A stretch of 64,000 nucleotides of DNA. Origin: Eledone cirrhosa (Eukaryota). This document shows positions 1 through 14,381 of the stretch, in pieces. Under the pieces are notes generated by a model. That model worked only from the letters and a program-made list of their open reading frames with translations. It made no database searches and was not told the origin of the DNA. The DNA lies in NCBI GenBank assembly GCA_964016885.1, contig OZ024743.1, positions 172,794,001-172,858,000 of the forward strand. Reading direction: 5' to 3'. A program made the translations under genes and the position numbers. The first letter of the stretch is position 1; every line of letters begins with the position of its first letter.

Positions 1-20
1 CTCCATTTATTAATATTCTG

Positions 21-57
<37 letters not shown>

Positions 58-183
58 AAGTTTTATTTAAATTGTTGGGTTACAACGAGTAAATATTTAT
101 AACTGATATAAAAGCACTCAACAAGTATTTGGAGTATATTTACGATATTAAATAAATGGAAACTATATTTATAAAACCATATT

Positions 184-249
184 TATTTCATTATATATAT
201 TTCAGGGATATCATATTAAAAATATGGTATGCCTTCATCAGACAAAATA
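184..249 (-). ncRNA. Type I minimal hammerhead ribozyme (PLE pLTR family A)
   Basis: Minus strand: TATTTTGT-CTGATGA-aggcatacca...tgatatccct-GAAA-TATATA-TA|ATGAAATA. Stem I is 8 bp, stem III is palindromic. Confidence 0.8.
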
Positions 250-545
250 CAATATAAACAGTCTTATAAATAGATAGATTTGACATACCTTACACTTCAA
301 CTTCCATTTAAAAAGTTGATTTGGTAGTATATATATATATATAGTATTAAGGATACTATTTATGGTTATGTATACAGTAAAACCTTTTATAGTTATATAT
401 ATTTTAAACCCTAAACAGTGAAAGACACTAATTTATTACTACCTTATTACCAGTAAGATAAATAGCTCAATGTAATAACATCAGTTGTTCTACAGAGCAG
501 TTATATAGAAATTACATGAACCAAAGTTCTGTTCAAATCATTTAT

Positions 546-594
546 TCGCTTACAATTGTTTCTTCCAAACCGAGGTTTGGAGTCTTCGGAGCAA
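546..594 (-). ncRNA. Type I hammerhead ribozyme, CCGAAGA core variant (family B)
   Basis: Minus: TTGCT-CCGAAGA-cTCCAAAC ctcg GTTTGGAa-GAAA-CAATTG-TA|AGCGA, followed by AATAAA. Confidence 0.75.
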
Positions 595-2264
595 TTTTTC
601 AATGATTGTTTACATACTTGACCTCCTTTTCAACACGAGAGATATACAGAAACATATGTATATATTGATGCACAGTGGGTTGACATCCATTATAATATTT
701 AAGCATGGCAGTTTACATTTAAAGATTAAAGTCATATTAAAATTACAACAAAATTAAAGTTATAATACAACATTGGCAGTCTATGAAAGTGATGCAGGAG
801 GATAGTTAGAAGTAGTTAGTTACACGTGGGGCATGCACGTGTGTCCTATTTATATAAGATTATAGTGCGGTAAGGTGTTATATGGAATATAAGCACTTTA
901 AGCGGGCAATCAAGAGTATTATGGGAGTTGTATAGTATTTTATATGTATGATATAGAAGCTTGTGTGCAGAGAAATATTTAAAGTATTAAATAGTGTTAT
1001 GGTTTTTCGTATACACCACCATTTTCACATCCAGGAAACGTAATATATAGATTATATGTCCTTCACATAATCTACGATGATTCAATATTGGATGCTTGGT
1101 GAATAAGGTTGGAATATTATATCTTGATGTTCTTTAATCCAATATTATATAGCAGGTTGTTTTTGTTGCGAGGCTTAACATCGTATTATTTTCCGGAAGT
1201 GTGTGTGTGATTAAGGGGAGTTAATGCGTGACTAGCTGATTTCTGTAACTAAAATATATTATTCTAATGTACATTAAATGGTGTCACACATGAGTCTCTA
1301 TCATATAGGTCATAAACAGTTTCTAAGTATAAGTATCCTATCTATAAATTACAGTCTAGTCTATTAAGAAGTACTAAAGGTGTTCATATTAGGATGATTA
1401 CCCTCTATCATAAAGAGCCACAACTGAATATTCTACATGAAGAGTCAGATCCCCAAATCAATGATCTTTGTAAGTGCAGTCTACCCGCAGAACCTGGCAG
1501 GGTTTTATTATAATCACTTCTATATATAACTCCCGGTAAGCTCAGGGTCAGTGCATGTCTTATTGCATGGCAAAGTTAAATATCACTAGGGTAGACCAGA
1601 GATTAATTCTCACTTACAATTTCACCAATCTGACCATCAAGTCATACATGTATGTACAATTCATATATCACTTGCACATAATTCATTGTACCCAGCATAA
1701 AGGTTAAATATTTCTTTTATGTTAATAAATTAATTAATTAATCTTCCATTTATCCAATGATGGCACTCCATACACAGAACAACATTAGCACAACCCATTC
1801 AGTGTTTAAAGTTTACATTCATTATATAGTGGTGTAATGTAGTCTAAGTAATTGAAGGCAATTATACCAAAAGTAGATGTACATGGGGATATCTCTAGGG
1901 TAATAGGTTCTAGAAGGAATTCACTATATATATAAATTAGACATATAACAGGACATATAACAGGACATAAAGATACACAGTGGGCTATAATGAAAGGATG
2001 CACCTTGTTATATGTGCCTACAGAGATGTTACGTTGCGAACATGGATCAATCCACATATGGAATCCTCACGCAAAACCATATAATGTGCGTTCATGGTAT
2101 TACAGTAAATAGTATGCGCAGACCGTACATAGAAAATGCGTGCAGAATATATATATAAAAAAAAGAAGGAACGTGTATGCATATGAGAGAGTACATACAT
2201 CTGAGTTGCAAAATAGAAGTATGAGATACATACGTATATATATACACGTATGAGATATACACGT

Positions 2265-2296
<32 letters not shown>

Positions 2297-2323
2297 CAAA
2301 ATAGATATTCTTGTGATCAATTA

Positions 2324-2389
2324 TATTTTATTATACATATTTCGCGGTACTGAATTAAGTTCAACAGTACGTCCTCATCAGATAAAATA
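2324..2389 (-). ncRNA. Type I minimal hammerhead ribozyme at the 3' end of the PLE at 2.3-5.8 kb
   Basis: Minus: TATTTTAT-CTGATGA-ggacGTACTG...CAGTACcgc-GAAA-TATGTA-TA|ATAAAATA. Perfect 8-bp stem I. Confidence 0.85.
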
Positions 2390-3182
2390 AAATGATACAT
2401 AACATACGCTGACATGGTAGATGGTTAAGATTTAATCAAGATAGTGATTAACTTATGAGAAAACTCAATATTTATACCCTAATATTGAGAAAATGTGAAA
2501 ACGTAATAGAATCAATAGAGAGAGTGTGAGTAATATATTTTAAGAAATACATGGCATCAATGTAACAGTTATAGAATTTTAATATTTAAAAAACTACTAT
2601 AGAAATATGCGGGAGAGGAAAGCATAGAGGAAGACGTAGCTGATGTTATAACTTATTTAGTATTTAGCTTGAGAAGACAAATGAAAGATAAATAAAGAGA
2701 GATTTTATGTTATTTCAGGGTAAAGAATCAAATTTTAGGTTTTAAAAGTTAATGGGTATTTGTATTAATATTATAATATAATTATGTTAAATTTCTAAAA
2801 TTCAAATTTTATGAAGACAAATTTAAAGGATTTACGAAACCCGCGAAAGAAAGAAAATATACATATAATGTTCGATATCCCCACAAAGGTAATCTTTACC
2901 AAAATTACTTATAATATTGACAACAGTTTCTATAATATAATTTATGAGATATTTATAGTTATAACTATTAAAGAATTTATTGTTAAATAGTTTGAGTGCC
3001 TAAAGTTTAACAGGTCTTATAATTAAACTTAAAGAAGTCAGAATTTTCAGCTATATATACGTGTGTATCATAATATATTTATTATTTGTTCATATATTGT
3101 ATTAAGTAAATGATTAAATAAGTTCGACCTTCCAGGGAAAACCAAACACTTATAATAATGTCATTTGGGTGTTTAAATTATT

Positions 3183-3450
3183 TATATAAATGTAACTACG
3201 ATTATGTTATTACACTAGATAAAGATATTTGTACAAACTATATATAGATATACTAGGTATTAATGAAACGGTATACATTTAATAAAGAATAATAATTATA
3301 ATCACTGTTAGTAGTTTTATATAAATGCAACTACGATTATATTATTACACTAGATAAAGATATTTGTACAAACTATATATGGATATACTAGGTATTAATG
3401 AAATGGTATACATTTAATAAAAAATAGCAATTATAATCATTGTTAGAAGT
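3183..3450. repeat. ~135-bp tandem duplication in the PLE 3' UTR
   Basis: tatataaatg(t/c)aactacgattat...ttacactagataaagatatttgtacaaac occurs twice, at ~3183 and ~3318. Confidence 0.85.
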
Positions 3451-3899
3451 TTTACCTCCAGTTCAGTGGATAAATAGACCAATATTTGTCAGCTATTATG
3501 GTTTGTTAAATATACATAATAAAGCAAAGGGCAAATCCAACTTTCTGAGTCTCCAAAAACCATCTCAAAATGAGTAAAGTGTATATATATATATATATAT
3601 AAAATATGCAAACGCATGAATGATCCATGGTTCAAATTATAATCAGTAAATTTACAGGTTAGATATCTAAACTTTATATTTAAAACAGAGACAGAAAAAT
3701 AAAGATCTGAATCAAAGTTAAAAATACCCCAAAATACAATAGGGTATGCATATCTATCAAGTAAACAAGTTATAAAACAAGTGTCATTCATTCAAACATT
3801 AATTCCATTATAAATGATTAGAAGATAAAGCATTATTAAAGTTTTATAAACCGTTATGACTTATATGCTCAACAGTTGATGATAAACATCGAAAATCAG

Positions 3900-5753
3900 G
3901 CTTGATTGCTTACTGTTTTTTCCTGACTTTTTGCGAGGCTTGGAATGTAGACAAAGCTTTATGAAGGCAGTTTGAGAATAATTCACTTTTTTTGTTAATT
4001 AAGTTTTCATAATTATTAATTATTAATAGGGTCTACTTTGTACAGAGGCTGCAGTTAATTTATATAGAAGGGTTGACATAAACTCCACTATTACAAAGCT
4101 TCCTCCAAAAGATCGAGTATTTTAAATTTTTGTCTTTTAATGACCTTATAAGCTGTGATAAAGAAGTCGAAGACTTCCTATTAGAATTCGAGAATGAGCA
4201 TTTGTGATTCGCAAATCTTGAAGAAGTTGCTCCTATGTAGTTGTATGTTCTTTTCCCCGATTTATTCACAGTACAGGTGTTTGAATTATAATTACTAGAA
4301 TTTATAGAATTTCGTTTATATATGCCATTATTTTTATCAGGATTAAAACTTGGATTATTATTGTCTACATATTCTATATTATTTTTATAACCTGCCTTTT
4401 TTAGCGCATCATTGTAATATCCTGTATTTTCATCAAATATTGCTTTATTGGCAGATATTCTATTAATGCGTTTTTGCACGCTATTTTCAATTGCTTTTTT
4501 CACTGACTTAGGGTGATTGGAGTAATAACTAACGTAATTTAAGTTTTCATTGGGCTTATGGAAAGGGTAATAAAAACCAGGGTTTAAGTTAAAGGTAACA
4601 TCAAGGAAATTAACTATTTTGGTACCACTTTCTACTTCTAGTTTAAGGTCATACATTTTAAAGAATTCAATTATATTTTTCTTTACTCTATTTAGGTCTA
4701 TATTGTTGTGTTTGACCACGGTAAATAAAATGTCGTCCCTATATAAACCACCGGTAATCTCCGGCAGTTTTCTATTTATCATATTTAAGATGAAAATCCC
4801 CAGAAGATCAGTGATTTGCGCTGAATCAGATGATCCAATACTCATTGTCGAAGTTAATAAGAGTTCTTCTAGCAGTTAATATGATATCAATTTCATCCGT
4901 AGTTAGATCAGTAAGCTTGTAAGCGTATGATAGAGCCTTATTTAGTAGGTTGGGCGTTATGGAAGAATATTAGCTTGTTATGTCCATCTCGATGAATTTA
5001 CGGTTTTTCTTATCATCTATATTTTATACCATTCAACGACTTCGTTTGTATCTTTCCACAAGCTGAATTTAGACCTCAATTTCAGAGTAGGTAGAATTCT
5101 ATCAATAATATTTTTACTGATTACTCCAATATCCGACTTGAATGGAGCAATCAGTCTAACTGGCAGGTCTTCCTCGAAGTTTCTTTTGTGATCTTTAAAA
5201 TTGATCCGCGGCTGTCTAGGTATAAGAGGCTCTGTTCTTCCTTCGATTCCTAATTTGGTAATTAATTTATATGCATCACTATTGATGTCTGTAAGATCTT
5301 CAGCCGGGGCTTTTTTATAATTTTTCCTAAGTTCCTTTAAAATCAAGTTATTATATTCTTCTTTATTTATCCCATATAAATTGTTTGTTTTGTCCGATTT
5401 TACCAATATTTTATTAACTTTTTTTATTTCCGTGATTTTTTTCATTTAGAGTTAAGGTATTGGTGACCTATATATGGGTTTTTCCTAAATTTAATTTTTT
5501 TAAGTATATTGAGCATTTCAGTTTCAAAATCCTCCAGGAGTTTGTTGTATGGAGGATTCTTCCTTGATTTAAATAAAGTTTCGAAATGATTGCTGTTGGT
5601 TTTTCTTTTAGCATCTTTATTTTCGAAATGAAATTCTCGCCATCTCATTCTTCTTATAAAAGAGTTTCTTTGTTCGATAATGTTCCTTATGTATTCCTCA
5701 CTAGATGGTATTGGTATATCCTTGAGGGATGTCGGGAATATTAAGAATTCCAT
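3900..5753 (-). pseudogene. PLE reverse transcriptase plus GIY-YIG endonuclease, frameshifted
   Basis: ORFs 5442-5753, 5017-5445 (KSDKTNNLY, KDHK, PVRLI) and 4060-4845 (GLYRDD, VNFLDVTFNL, SNHP, YIGATS) are broken by frameshifts and stops. Confidence 0.9.
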
Positions 5754-5832
5754 AATTTATTGAATATGCAATCTATTGTATATATTGTATCTATTTTGTT
5801 AATATTTGGAATTAATATTAATAACTCCGGAA

Positions 5833-5893
<61 letters not shown>

Positions 5894-5928
5894 GAAAAAT
5901 CAGTGATGCATCTGGACTCAGTTTATTG

Positions 5929-6018
5929 TGTGTTACAATTGTTTCGCCGGCAGATTGCTCGAGACGCGATCATTGTATGGATCTGTCTTATTCTAGATCT
6001 GCGGGTTCTTCGGACACA
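5929..6018 (-). ncRNA. Hammerhead ribozyme, CCGAAGA core, extended stem II (family C)
   Basis: Reverse-complement copy of the 22313-22402 motif. Confidence 0.7.
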
Positions 6019-6632
6019 TGCAATACTTTCGGAATAAATTTTCTCACTGGGGTGTTAGCTTCAAAAAACATATTCCACTCTTCTCTTGCTATTGGCTGTT
6101 GTTTTCTACGTCATCATAAATTCTGGTCAATATTTGCTGCCATACTGGCCATCAGCTACTCTCCGTCCGACACACTTCAATGGACTCATGCTGGGTTTGG
6201 TATTTCACAAGTCCGTTCTCACACACATATATATATACCCACACATAATACACACACACATATATATATATATATACACATACACGCGGACACATACATA
6301 TATACGCATACACATATGTACACACACATATGTACATATACACACCCATATACATATACACACACCCACACACGCCCACAACCATATACATACCAACATA
6401 CACGTCCACAGGCGCCTGCCTATATGCCCTCATACATCCGATCACACACGTACACACACACGTACACGCACACAAGGACACATATCTTGCGTACGCGTAC
6501 ATTTGGTCATATACACACGTACAGATATATACATAGACACACACACGCACACATAGACGCCTGTCCTTATTGAGAGGCTCAAAGACAGACACGCTCCCAA
6601 GGTCACAAACGCACAAACGCATATACACACAT

Positions 6633-6731
<99 letters not shown>

Positions 6732-6772
6732 GAGAGTAAAACAAAGAAGCCTTCAATACATCAAAAGTCTTT

Positions 6773-6817
6773 ATTAGCCGACAATGTTTCGTCCTATTAA
6801 GGACTCATCAGGGCAAT
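6773..6817 (-). ncRNA. Canonical type I hammerhead ribozyme (family D)
   Basis: Minus: attGCC-CTGATGA-GTCC ttaata GGAC-GAAA-CATTG-TC|GGCtaataaa. GUC cleavage site. Confidence 0.9.
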
Positions 6818-8108
6818 TAAAACAACAAGAAGTAATATCGGCAGATACAAGCCGGAAGCTCCGAAGAATATGGAGTGTACATACACTAAAGTATTGCAAA
6901 AATGTATAATAAAAATAATAAAAATATATAATAAAAATTACTAAGGATGTATATAACATTAAGAACCATATTACAAATATAGTCCAAAGCAAAAAAAACC
7001 TAGAGCTAAACAAAGGTGGTTATATATAGCAGGAATTATATATAATACAATGTAATATAATATAATATAATATAATATACCTTTACCAACATTAAAATTA
7101 CAATAAAAATCAAAAGGTACAATATGCATATGTATATATGTGCGCACATGTACACACACATACACATACAACAATACACACATCCATCTTCAACTGCACA
7201 AATTAAACCTTATTAAGAGTTTGAATATAAAAATAAGCATGATAGGAATGAAAATAATAATAATAATATTACTAATACGTCTACCCAATATACATGAGGT
7301 AATAATATGATATAATTATAAGTAGCACATATAATAAATAATAAATAATACAGTTATATACTATATAATACAATATAATAGGATAGATAATCTCCGGTTA
7401 ATTTACACAAACAATATAGATGTCACAATAATAATATAATAATAATATATTAACATTTACAATATACAATATACTAACATTTATAATAAACAATATAAAG
7501 GTACTCAAGTTAACAAATCAATTCATACTGGGTTACAGAGTAGGTGAGGAAAAATAAATTGTACACTACCACAAAAAAATGTTGATGGTACAAAAGTTCA
7601 AACATCTTACAAGATATATAAAGTTTAACATATCATAATGCTACATATAATTAACGGTAAGTAATAAGGATCAATATTACAATAAAAAATACAATATAAT
7701 ATAATATATTATATAAAATAAATTAATATAATATAATATATAATTACTTATAATTACAAGGTTGGTAGACAGACATGTATATGGATGAGTGAGTAAGTGC
7801 CAGACAGTAAATATAATGCACAGTAGTATTACAAATAAAATATAAAATATAAAATATAGAATAAAGTAAATAAATAGAATCAACCGGAAATTAAAAAACA
7901 AAAACAAACATATACATTTAGGTCTCACATGCAGTTAAGTAGTTAAGTAAAAACTAAGGAAACAACCCCTGTAAATGACTCAAAAACCCTATTTGATAAA
8001 TTAATATTAAAAATATTTGTTTAACTACATTGAGCTATACCTTTTACTGTCATTTCTATAATACGAAGAGGGTGTTTAACTCCAACACACTCCAGTATTT
8101 TAACCCTT

Positions 8109-8186
<78 letters not shown>

Positions 8187-8262
8187 CGAAAGAAATGTGG
8201 CAAGGAACCAGGTGGACCATAACGCACCAAAGTACTCAATACTTAGGGTAGTAGAGTGGGTA

Positions 8263-8382
8263 ATAGGAACGAGTAGGACCCCGACGGCTGAGCTCAAGCC
8301 GTTTCGACGGCTAATTCTGGACATTTAGTCCAGAATTAGCCGTCGAAACGGCTTGAGCTCCGCCGTCGGGGTTCTACTCATT

Positions 8383-8387
<5 letters not shown>
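8263..8387. repeat. Near-perfect ~60-bp-arm hairpin formed by head-to-head pLTR fragments (family I)
   Basis: ataggaacgagtaggacccc...tctggac attta gtccaga...ggggttctactcattcctat. Confidence 0.9.
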
Positions 8388-8459
<72 letters not shown>

Positions 8460-8864
8460 TTGTATATGTACACGCAGATAAACATAGTCAAAATTAATCC
8501 CTACCCTATGTAAGTGCACATACACACAGACACACACACACCGCCACAGACACACACACACACACACACGCGCACTGGCTAATATACATTCCAACAAATA
8601 CGCGCCCAATTACGTCCGTGTCCACGTACATCCACAAAGAAGATACACGCACACATGTATATATCTCTGTCCGTACCCCAATGTGATATACTCAGTCATA
8701 TAAATCTGCACAAAAGGTCATACAGGGTCATCTATAGAAGGATGCATCCAGTTATACATGCACAAATATAGGACATGAAACCATATACATACATCCATAC
8801 ACATACATGCATGCATACATACACACATATAAATAGATAAATAAGTAAGCAAATAGAAAAATAA

Positions 8865-8900
<36 letters not shown>

Positions 8901-8945
8901 AAGTTAAATAAAAAGTCAAATGTTTAAAATTTAGCTTCGTTTATT

Positions 8946-9000
8946 ACTGCTATATATATTTCAGCGACAGCCATCTTTGGCTGTGACCACTTCAGGCAGT
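8946..9000 (-). ncRNA. Hammerhead ribozyme (family E), core CTGAAGT (A9 mutated)
   Basis: Minus: ACTGC-CTGAAGT-ggtcACAGCCA aaga TGGCTGTcgct-GAAA-TATATA-TA|GCAGT. Confidence 0.65.
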
Positions 9001-10179
9001 CCGAATTAGTGTGGTATAGACAAGTACATATGTTGTTGAGGTGTATAATTTTGTCAATACTCTGATATGCCCAGTTCCTGGTTGGGTCGTTATTTCACTG
9101 AGGAACTGGAATCATATGAATTCAAACAAACGAATTTCAGTGTCAAAGGGCCTCTACTCCTCTCATTGGTCAGTTATTAGAACATTCCTCATTCTAAGTG
9201 TTGTTATTGTTGGAGTTAGCTTAAAAAAATTGATAAAGTGGTAGAAGGGACAAGGTGTTAAAGGAACAAAATAACAAAAAAAGTGTCAAACTTCCCATTG
9301 GTCAGTTCTGAGAGCATTCCTCAGTCAGAAGTCTATAGAATTCTTTCTGGGGTGAGGCTCCCTGTAGTGTTTGTGTTTGCTATTGTTAAGTACATTTGAC
9401 CTCTACCATTATTTTGGTAGTGTTGTTGGTGTTGTGGTCAGCTTATGTCTTGCTGCTGCTGACAATTTAGAAGTATCCAGTGTGTTTTTTCTTCATCCCT
9501 CCTGCCACCATCTCTCATAGTGGTGGTGGTGGGGGGTTCTTCCATGTATATGAAGAAATATAAGGCAATAAATGAAGAAAACAGAAAATAAATAATATAA
9601 TAAAATAATTAATATAATTTGTATAATTTGAAAATAAATAAATAGTGAATAAAGAATAAATGAAAAATTGGTGAAAAAGTAATATGGAGAAGTGCAAAAT
9701 AATGTAGGATAAAGTGTGTGTGTGCTATAACCAATCTCAAGGTCAGAAATATGTTGGATAGATTGGTATGAGGAACAAGATGTTAAAATAAAATAATTAA
9801 ACAAAATGTGTTTGTGTTATAATCAATCTCAACTTAAAAATAAATATAAGGTGATACAGTGAAGAGGGCAGAAAACAAATAACAAATTAATAAAGAGAAA
9901 TCAAGATTTAAAATTGGAACTTGAAAATCAGAAATCAAGTAAATTAAAAAGTGTTTGTGTTATATAGATGTTGGCCAAATTATAATGGCTGTGTCCGATT
10001 CAATCTCTAGGCTATCATGGTGTCTGCTCAGCCTGGGTTGTTCCCTGTGGCTTGAGGGGAGTTCACAACCTAGGGTGTTGTTACTGCCCATATAGCTTGA
10101 GGAAGGTCTGGCCGAGAGGTGTTTACATGTTCTGTAGAAGTCCCTATAGCTTGAGGGGAGTTCACATCTTCTTGTGTTG

Positions 10180-10867
10180 CTACTGTCCATATATCTTGAG
10201 GAACTGCATAAGGTGTCTGCATGTCCCGAAGAAGTCGGTTCTGAGGTTTATCAGGCTGCTTCCACCTCTTAGTATCTCGAGGGTCTCGTTCAGGCATAGT
10301 TTGCATATGCAAGATCCCCCTTTATCGGGTGGTACTTTCCTGATTATGTACCAGGCCAGAGAGTACGGGGTCCTGTCCAGCTTAAGCTTCCAGATCAGGT
10401 CGGAGAGAGCCGTGCTTTTCCTTTTGGCCTCCTTATTGAATGAATGGCGATGGTTGTACCAGCGGTCTTTAAAGCTCGTTGATGTGGCTCCTATGTAGAG
10501 GTGTTCTGAGTTGGGGGTTTTAACCCTACAACCGTATACTAGGTTCTTCTTGAGGCATTCATTACCAAGGGGGCATGATTCGGGGTTTCTGCAGTTGCAG
10601 AGGGTGGTCGGCCTCTGCGTGCCTAGATTAGGGTTCCCGTTATGTGTTACATGTTGGTCTTCCCCCAGGCTCGGTGGAGAGTCCCTGGGTCTGTTTGGGT
10701 TTCTTGGGTGGGCTTTGGGTCCCCCCTTCCCTCCTTTCATGTGGTTCTGCTGAGTGTTTGTATTGCCATCTTCTGGTTGTGTGTGGTTTTTTAAGCCTAC
10801 TCCTGTTGATGCTAGCTATGTGTTGGGCCAGATTTCTCGTGGTGGAATACCTTGTCCCTTCTACCAC
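10180..10867 (-). pseudogene. PLE linker plus GIY-YIG endonuclease fragment
   Basis: YSTTRNL...CNCRNPESCPLGNECLKKNLVYGCRV...LYIGATSTSFKDRWYNH...CKLCLNE. Confidence 0.9.
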
Positions 10868-11103
10868 TTTATCAATTTTTTAAGCTAACTCCAACAATAA
10901 CAACACTTAGAATGAGGAATGTTCTAATAACTGACCAATGAGAGGAGAAGATGCCCTTTGGTACTGAAATTCGTTTTTTTGAATTCATATGATTCCAGTT
11001 CCTCAGTGAAATAACAACCCAACCAGGAACTGGGCATATCAGAGTATTGACAAAATTATACACCTCAACAACATATGTACTTGTCTATACCACACTAATT
11101 CAA

Positions 11104-11158
11104 ACTGCCTGAAGAGGTCACAACCAAAGATGGCTGTCGCTGAAATATATATAGCAGT
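11104..11158 (+). ncRNA. Hammerhead ribozyme (family E), intact core
   Basis: ACTGC-CTGAAGA-ggtcacaaccaaagatggctgtcgct-GAAA-TATATA-TA|GCAGT-AATAAA. Confidence 0.8.
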
Positions 11159-11814
11159 AATAAACGAAGCTAAATTTTAAACATTTGACTTTTTATTTAA
11201 CTTTATTTTACATTACTCCGGAGTAACCAAACCAACCTGCGCACTTCGTCGAGTGCTCCAGTCTGCATACTGAGGTGTTAGTATACAACCAACATATACT
11301 CAAAATCTCTCTCTATATATATATATATATATACACATATACATAACATATATACACACACAGATACACATACACACATACATATATACACACACATATA
11401 TATATACATATATATAGACATCTGTACACACACATACACACCCACGTATAAACGTACATAGACACACAATACATACACATCTATAAAAAAAACCTACACT
11501 ATACTAAAATATGTATGTAACGTCGTACCTTAAAAGATGTAACTTGTATTACACATGCACGGATATAAACATTATAATCATATACATGCATCCATACACA
11601 TTCACGTACCATATACATATACATATGTATATATACATATATATACACACACATACACACACACACACACACATATATATATATCTACATGCATACACAC
11701 ACCCATATATATATATATACACACATATATATATGTATATATCCACACACACATACACATATAAAAACAATAAAATAAATATACAATACATCCATACACA
11801 TTCACGTAACATAT

Positions 11815-11949
<135 letters not shown>

Positions 11950-12060
11950 TGTGTGTGGTGTGGAAATGAAGTAATTCCGTCGGAAAGGTCCAGAAAAAAC
12001 GAGTGCTCTATGTAGGTTACAGAGCTTAATAGTTTTGTAATAAACAACATAAGGCAATTA

Positions 12061-12121
12061 TTTCATTTACCAGTGGTTTCTTGAAAGCAAACAAATTTTG
12101 CTTTCAATCATCAGAATGAAA
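12061..12121 (-). ncRNA. Hammerhead ribozyme (family F)
   Basis: Reverse-complement copy of 16205-16265. Confidence 0.85.
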
Positions 12122-12229
12122 AAATCCTGGTGTATTTTTTGACATTGGATTTTAAAAACAAAAATATAATCTATATGAAAGTGAGGCTGGAAAAGGAAGA
12201 AGTAAGAAGGAAAGGAAAAATAAAATCAG

Positions 12230-12745
12230 TTACTCTTGCTGCCCATCAATGAAGTCTAAAATCACTAATTCTAATCGTACGAGAATAAATCCAGGATGCA
12301 GTTGCAGGAAGCCGGATGAATGCCCATTACAGGGCAAATGTAACACCAAATCCGTTGTATATGAGGCCAAAGTGACACCTTTAATTAACAACCAGCCAGC
12401 CAGGAGTGAACGATATGTTGGCATGACTCAGGACAGGTTTAAAACCAGGTTTTATGCACATGTCTCTTCTGTTAAACACTCCGATAAAAGAACAGCAACA
12501 GATCTCGCAAATAAGGTGTGGAATTCAAGTATAAAAACATCCCGTACTCTATCGATTGGTCTATTTTAGACCATTCGAGGGAGTACCAAAGGGGCACAAA
12601 GAATTGTTCTTTATGTACCACTGAAAAATTTAGGATTTTACAAAACTTGAAAGCCACTTCAACTTGCCTGAACTCCAAGACTGAGATCTTCAGATGTTGT
12701 CCTCACCTGAAATCACATCTGATCTGTAACTGGATTGACATTCCT
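12230..12745 (+). pseudogene. PLE GIY-YIG endonuclease fragment, frameshifted
   Basis: CSCRKPDECPLQGKCNTKSVVYEAKV...RYVGMTQDRFKTRFYAH, then YSIDWSIL...CSLCTTEK in the next frame. Confidence 0.9.
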
Positions 12746-13165
12746 ACGATAACTCAACCACCTTGAACTTCTTCTCTGCTCTCTACGCCTTACATCCACA
12801 ACCAGTTTTTTACCTTCTGAACTCACTTTCTGTACTCTTATATTCTTTTTCTCCCTTATCTCCCCTTACATTTAAACCTTTTCCTATGTCATTTATTTTC
12901 CTTATTTTCCCCCCTACTTTCTACCTTACCCTTTACATACCCACCTTTTTTATTTTTAGATATGTATTTCTCTCTCTCTGTGTGTGTGTGTTGCGTATGT
13001 GTTGTGCATATATGTATATATATATATATGTATATGTATGTGTATATATGTTTATATATATCTGTATGTATATGTATGTGTGTATATAATTGTATTTTAT
13101 ATGCTTCTGTTGTATTTGTGTGTGTGTGTATATATATGTATATATATAACTATATATATATATAT

Positions 13166-13208
<43 letters not shown>

Positions 13209-13668
13209 TAGATATATATATGTGTGTGTGTGTGTGTTTTTAATATTTGTGTGTGTGTATTTTTATATAATTGTTTATGTGTGTATATATATAATAGCCT
13301 CAGAAACGGCTTGAGCTCTGCCGTCGGGGTCATACTTTTTCCTATATATATATATATACGTATATGTATGTATATGTATGTATATATGTGTGTATTTGCA
13401 TGGTTGTGTGTGTGTGTGTGTATATATATATGTGTATATGTATATATGTATGTGTATGTACATGCATAATTACATACAGTGATTTAATGCTTATTTTCAT
13501 TGATCATTTGCTCCAGGAATTGTTGAGTGCTCTAAATCAGCTATAAACATTTATACCCTTTTCTAATTATTTATTTATTTATTATTTGTCGTATTTATTT
13601 ATTTATTATTTGTCGTATTCACCTTTTTATTTTTATATATATATAATATTTATGTATTTTCTTATATA

Positions 13669-13744
<76 letters not shown>

Positions 13745-13925
13745 TTATATTTTAATTGTTGGGATACAACAAGCAAATATTTTTATAACTGATATAAAGC
13801 ACTCAACAAATTATTGGAGTAAAAATACGATATATTTGAAAATGGAAACTTTTACATTTGTTAATATATCGTATTATATATATATATCGTATTATATATA
13901 TATATCGTATTATATATATATATCG

Positions 13926-14010
<85 letters not shown>

Positions 14011-14202
14011 TCAGAGCAAACAACACGGACACTCTATCTCAAAATTATTTTTGAAAAGCATTTAGAAATGCGCAACCGGTAAAAACTTAAAAACTTAAAA
14101 CCACAACTGAATACTAACCCATACAATCACTAATACTCTTTTATTCCTAATTAAACCATTTTTCAACTGTGAACAATTTGTCACCATTTTCTATTCCGTT
14201 TA

Positions 14203-14241
<39 letters not shown>

Positions 14242-14381
14242 TCTTCTTTTTGGTAAATATCATCTTGGTTAAGAGAGTGGGACTGGCACAGGCATTGCTT
14301 TATATCTGGAGATCTCTCTGCACTTGTCGTCACATGGTACCAGTCGTCATATGGGCCCAGCACTATGTGTCAATAATTTTC

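Larger units (their letters stand above)
2293..5840 (-). mobile_element. Penelope-like retroelement, near full length but decayed (probably Hydra clade)
   Basis: RT/GIY-YIG remnants at 3.9-5.75 kb, long AT-rich 3' UTR, 3' HHR, and (TA)n on both sides. The N-terminus SLKDIPIPSSEEY...FIRRMRWR is typical of this PLE group. Confidence 0.85.
8893..11308 (-). mobile_element. 5'-truncated PLE with inverted pseudo-LTR copy
   Basis: ~8893-9250 is the reverse complement of ~10857-11209. GIY-YIG ORF inside, (TA)n flanks. Confidence 0.9.

Noticed and set aside
13295-13335. GAAA-stem III-GUC half hammerhead (also at 8340, 34997 and 49920)
   Set aside because: Only the 3' half is present, so it was not counted as a ribozyme.
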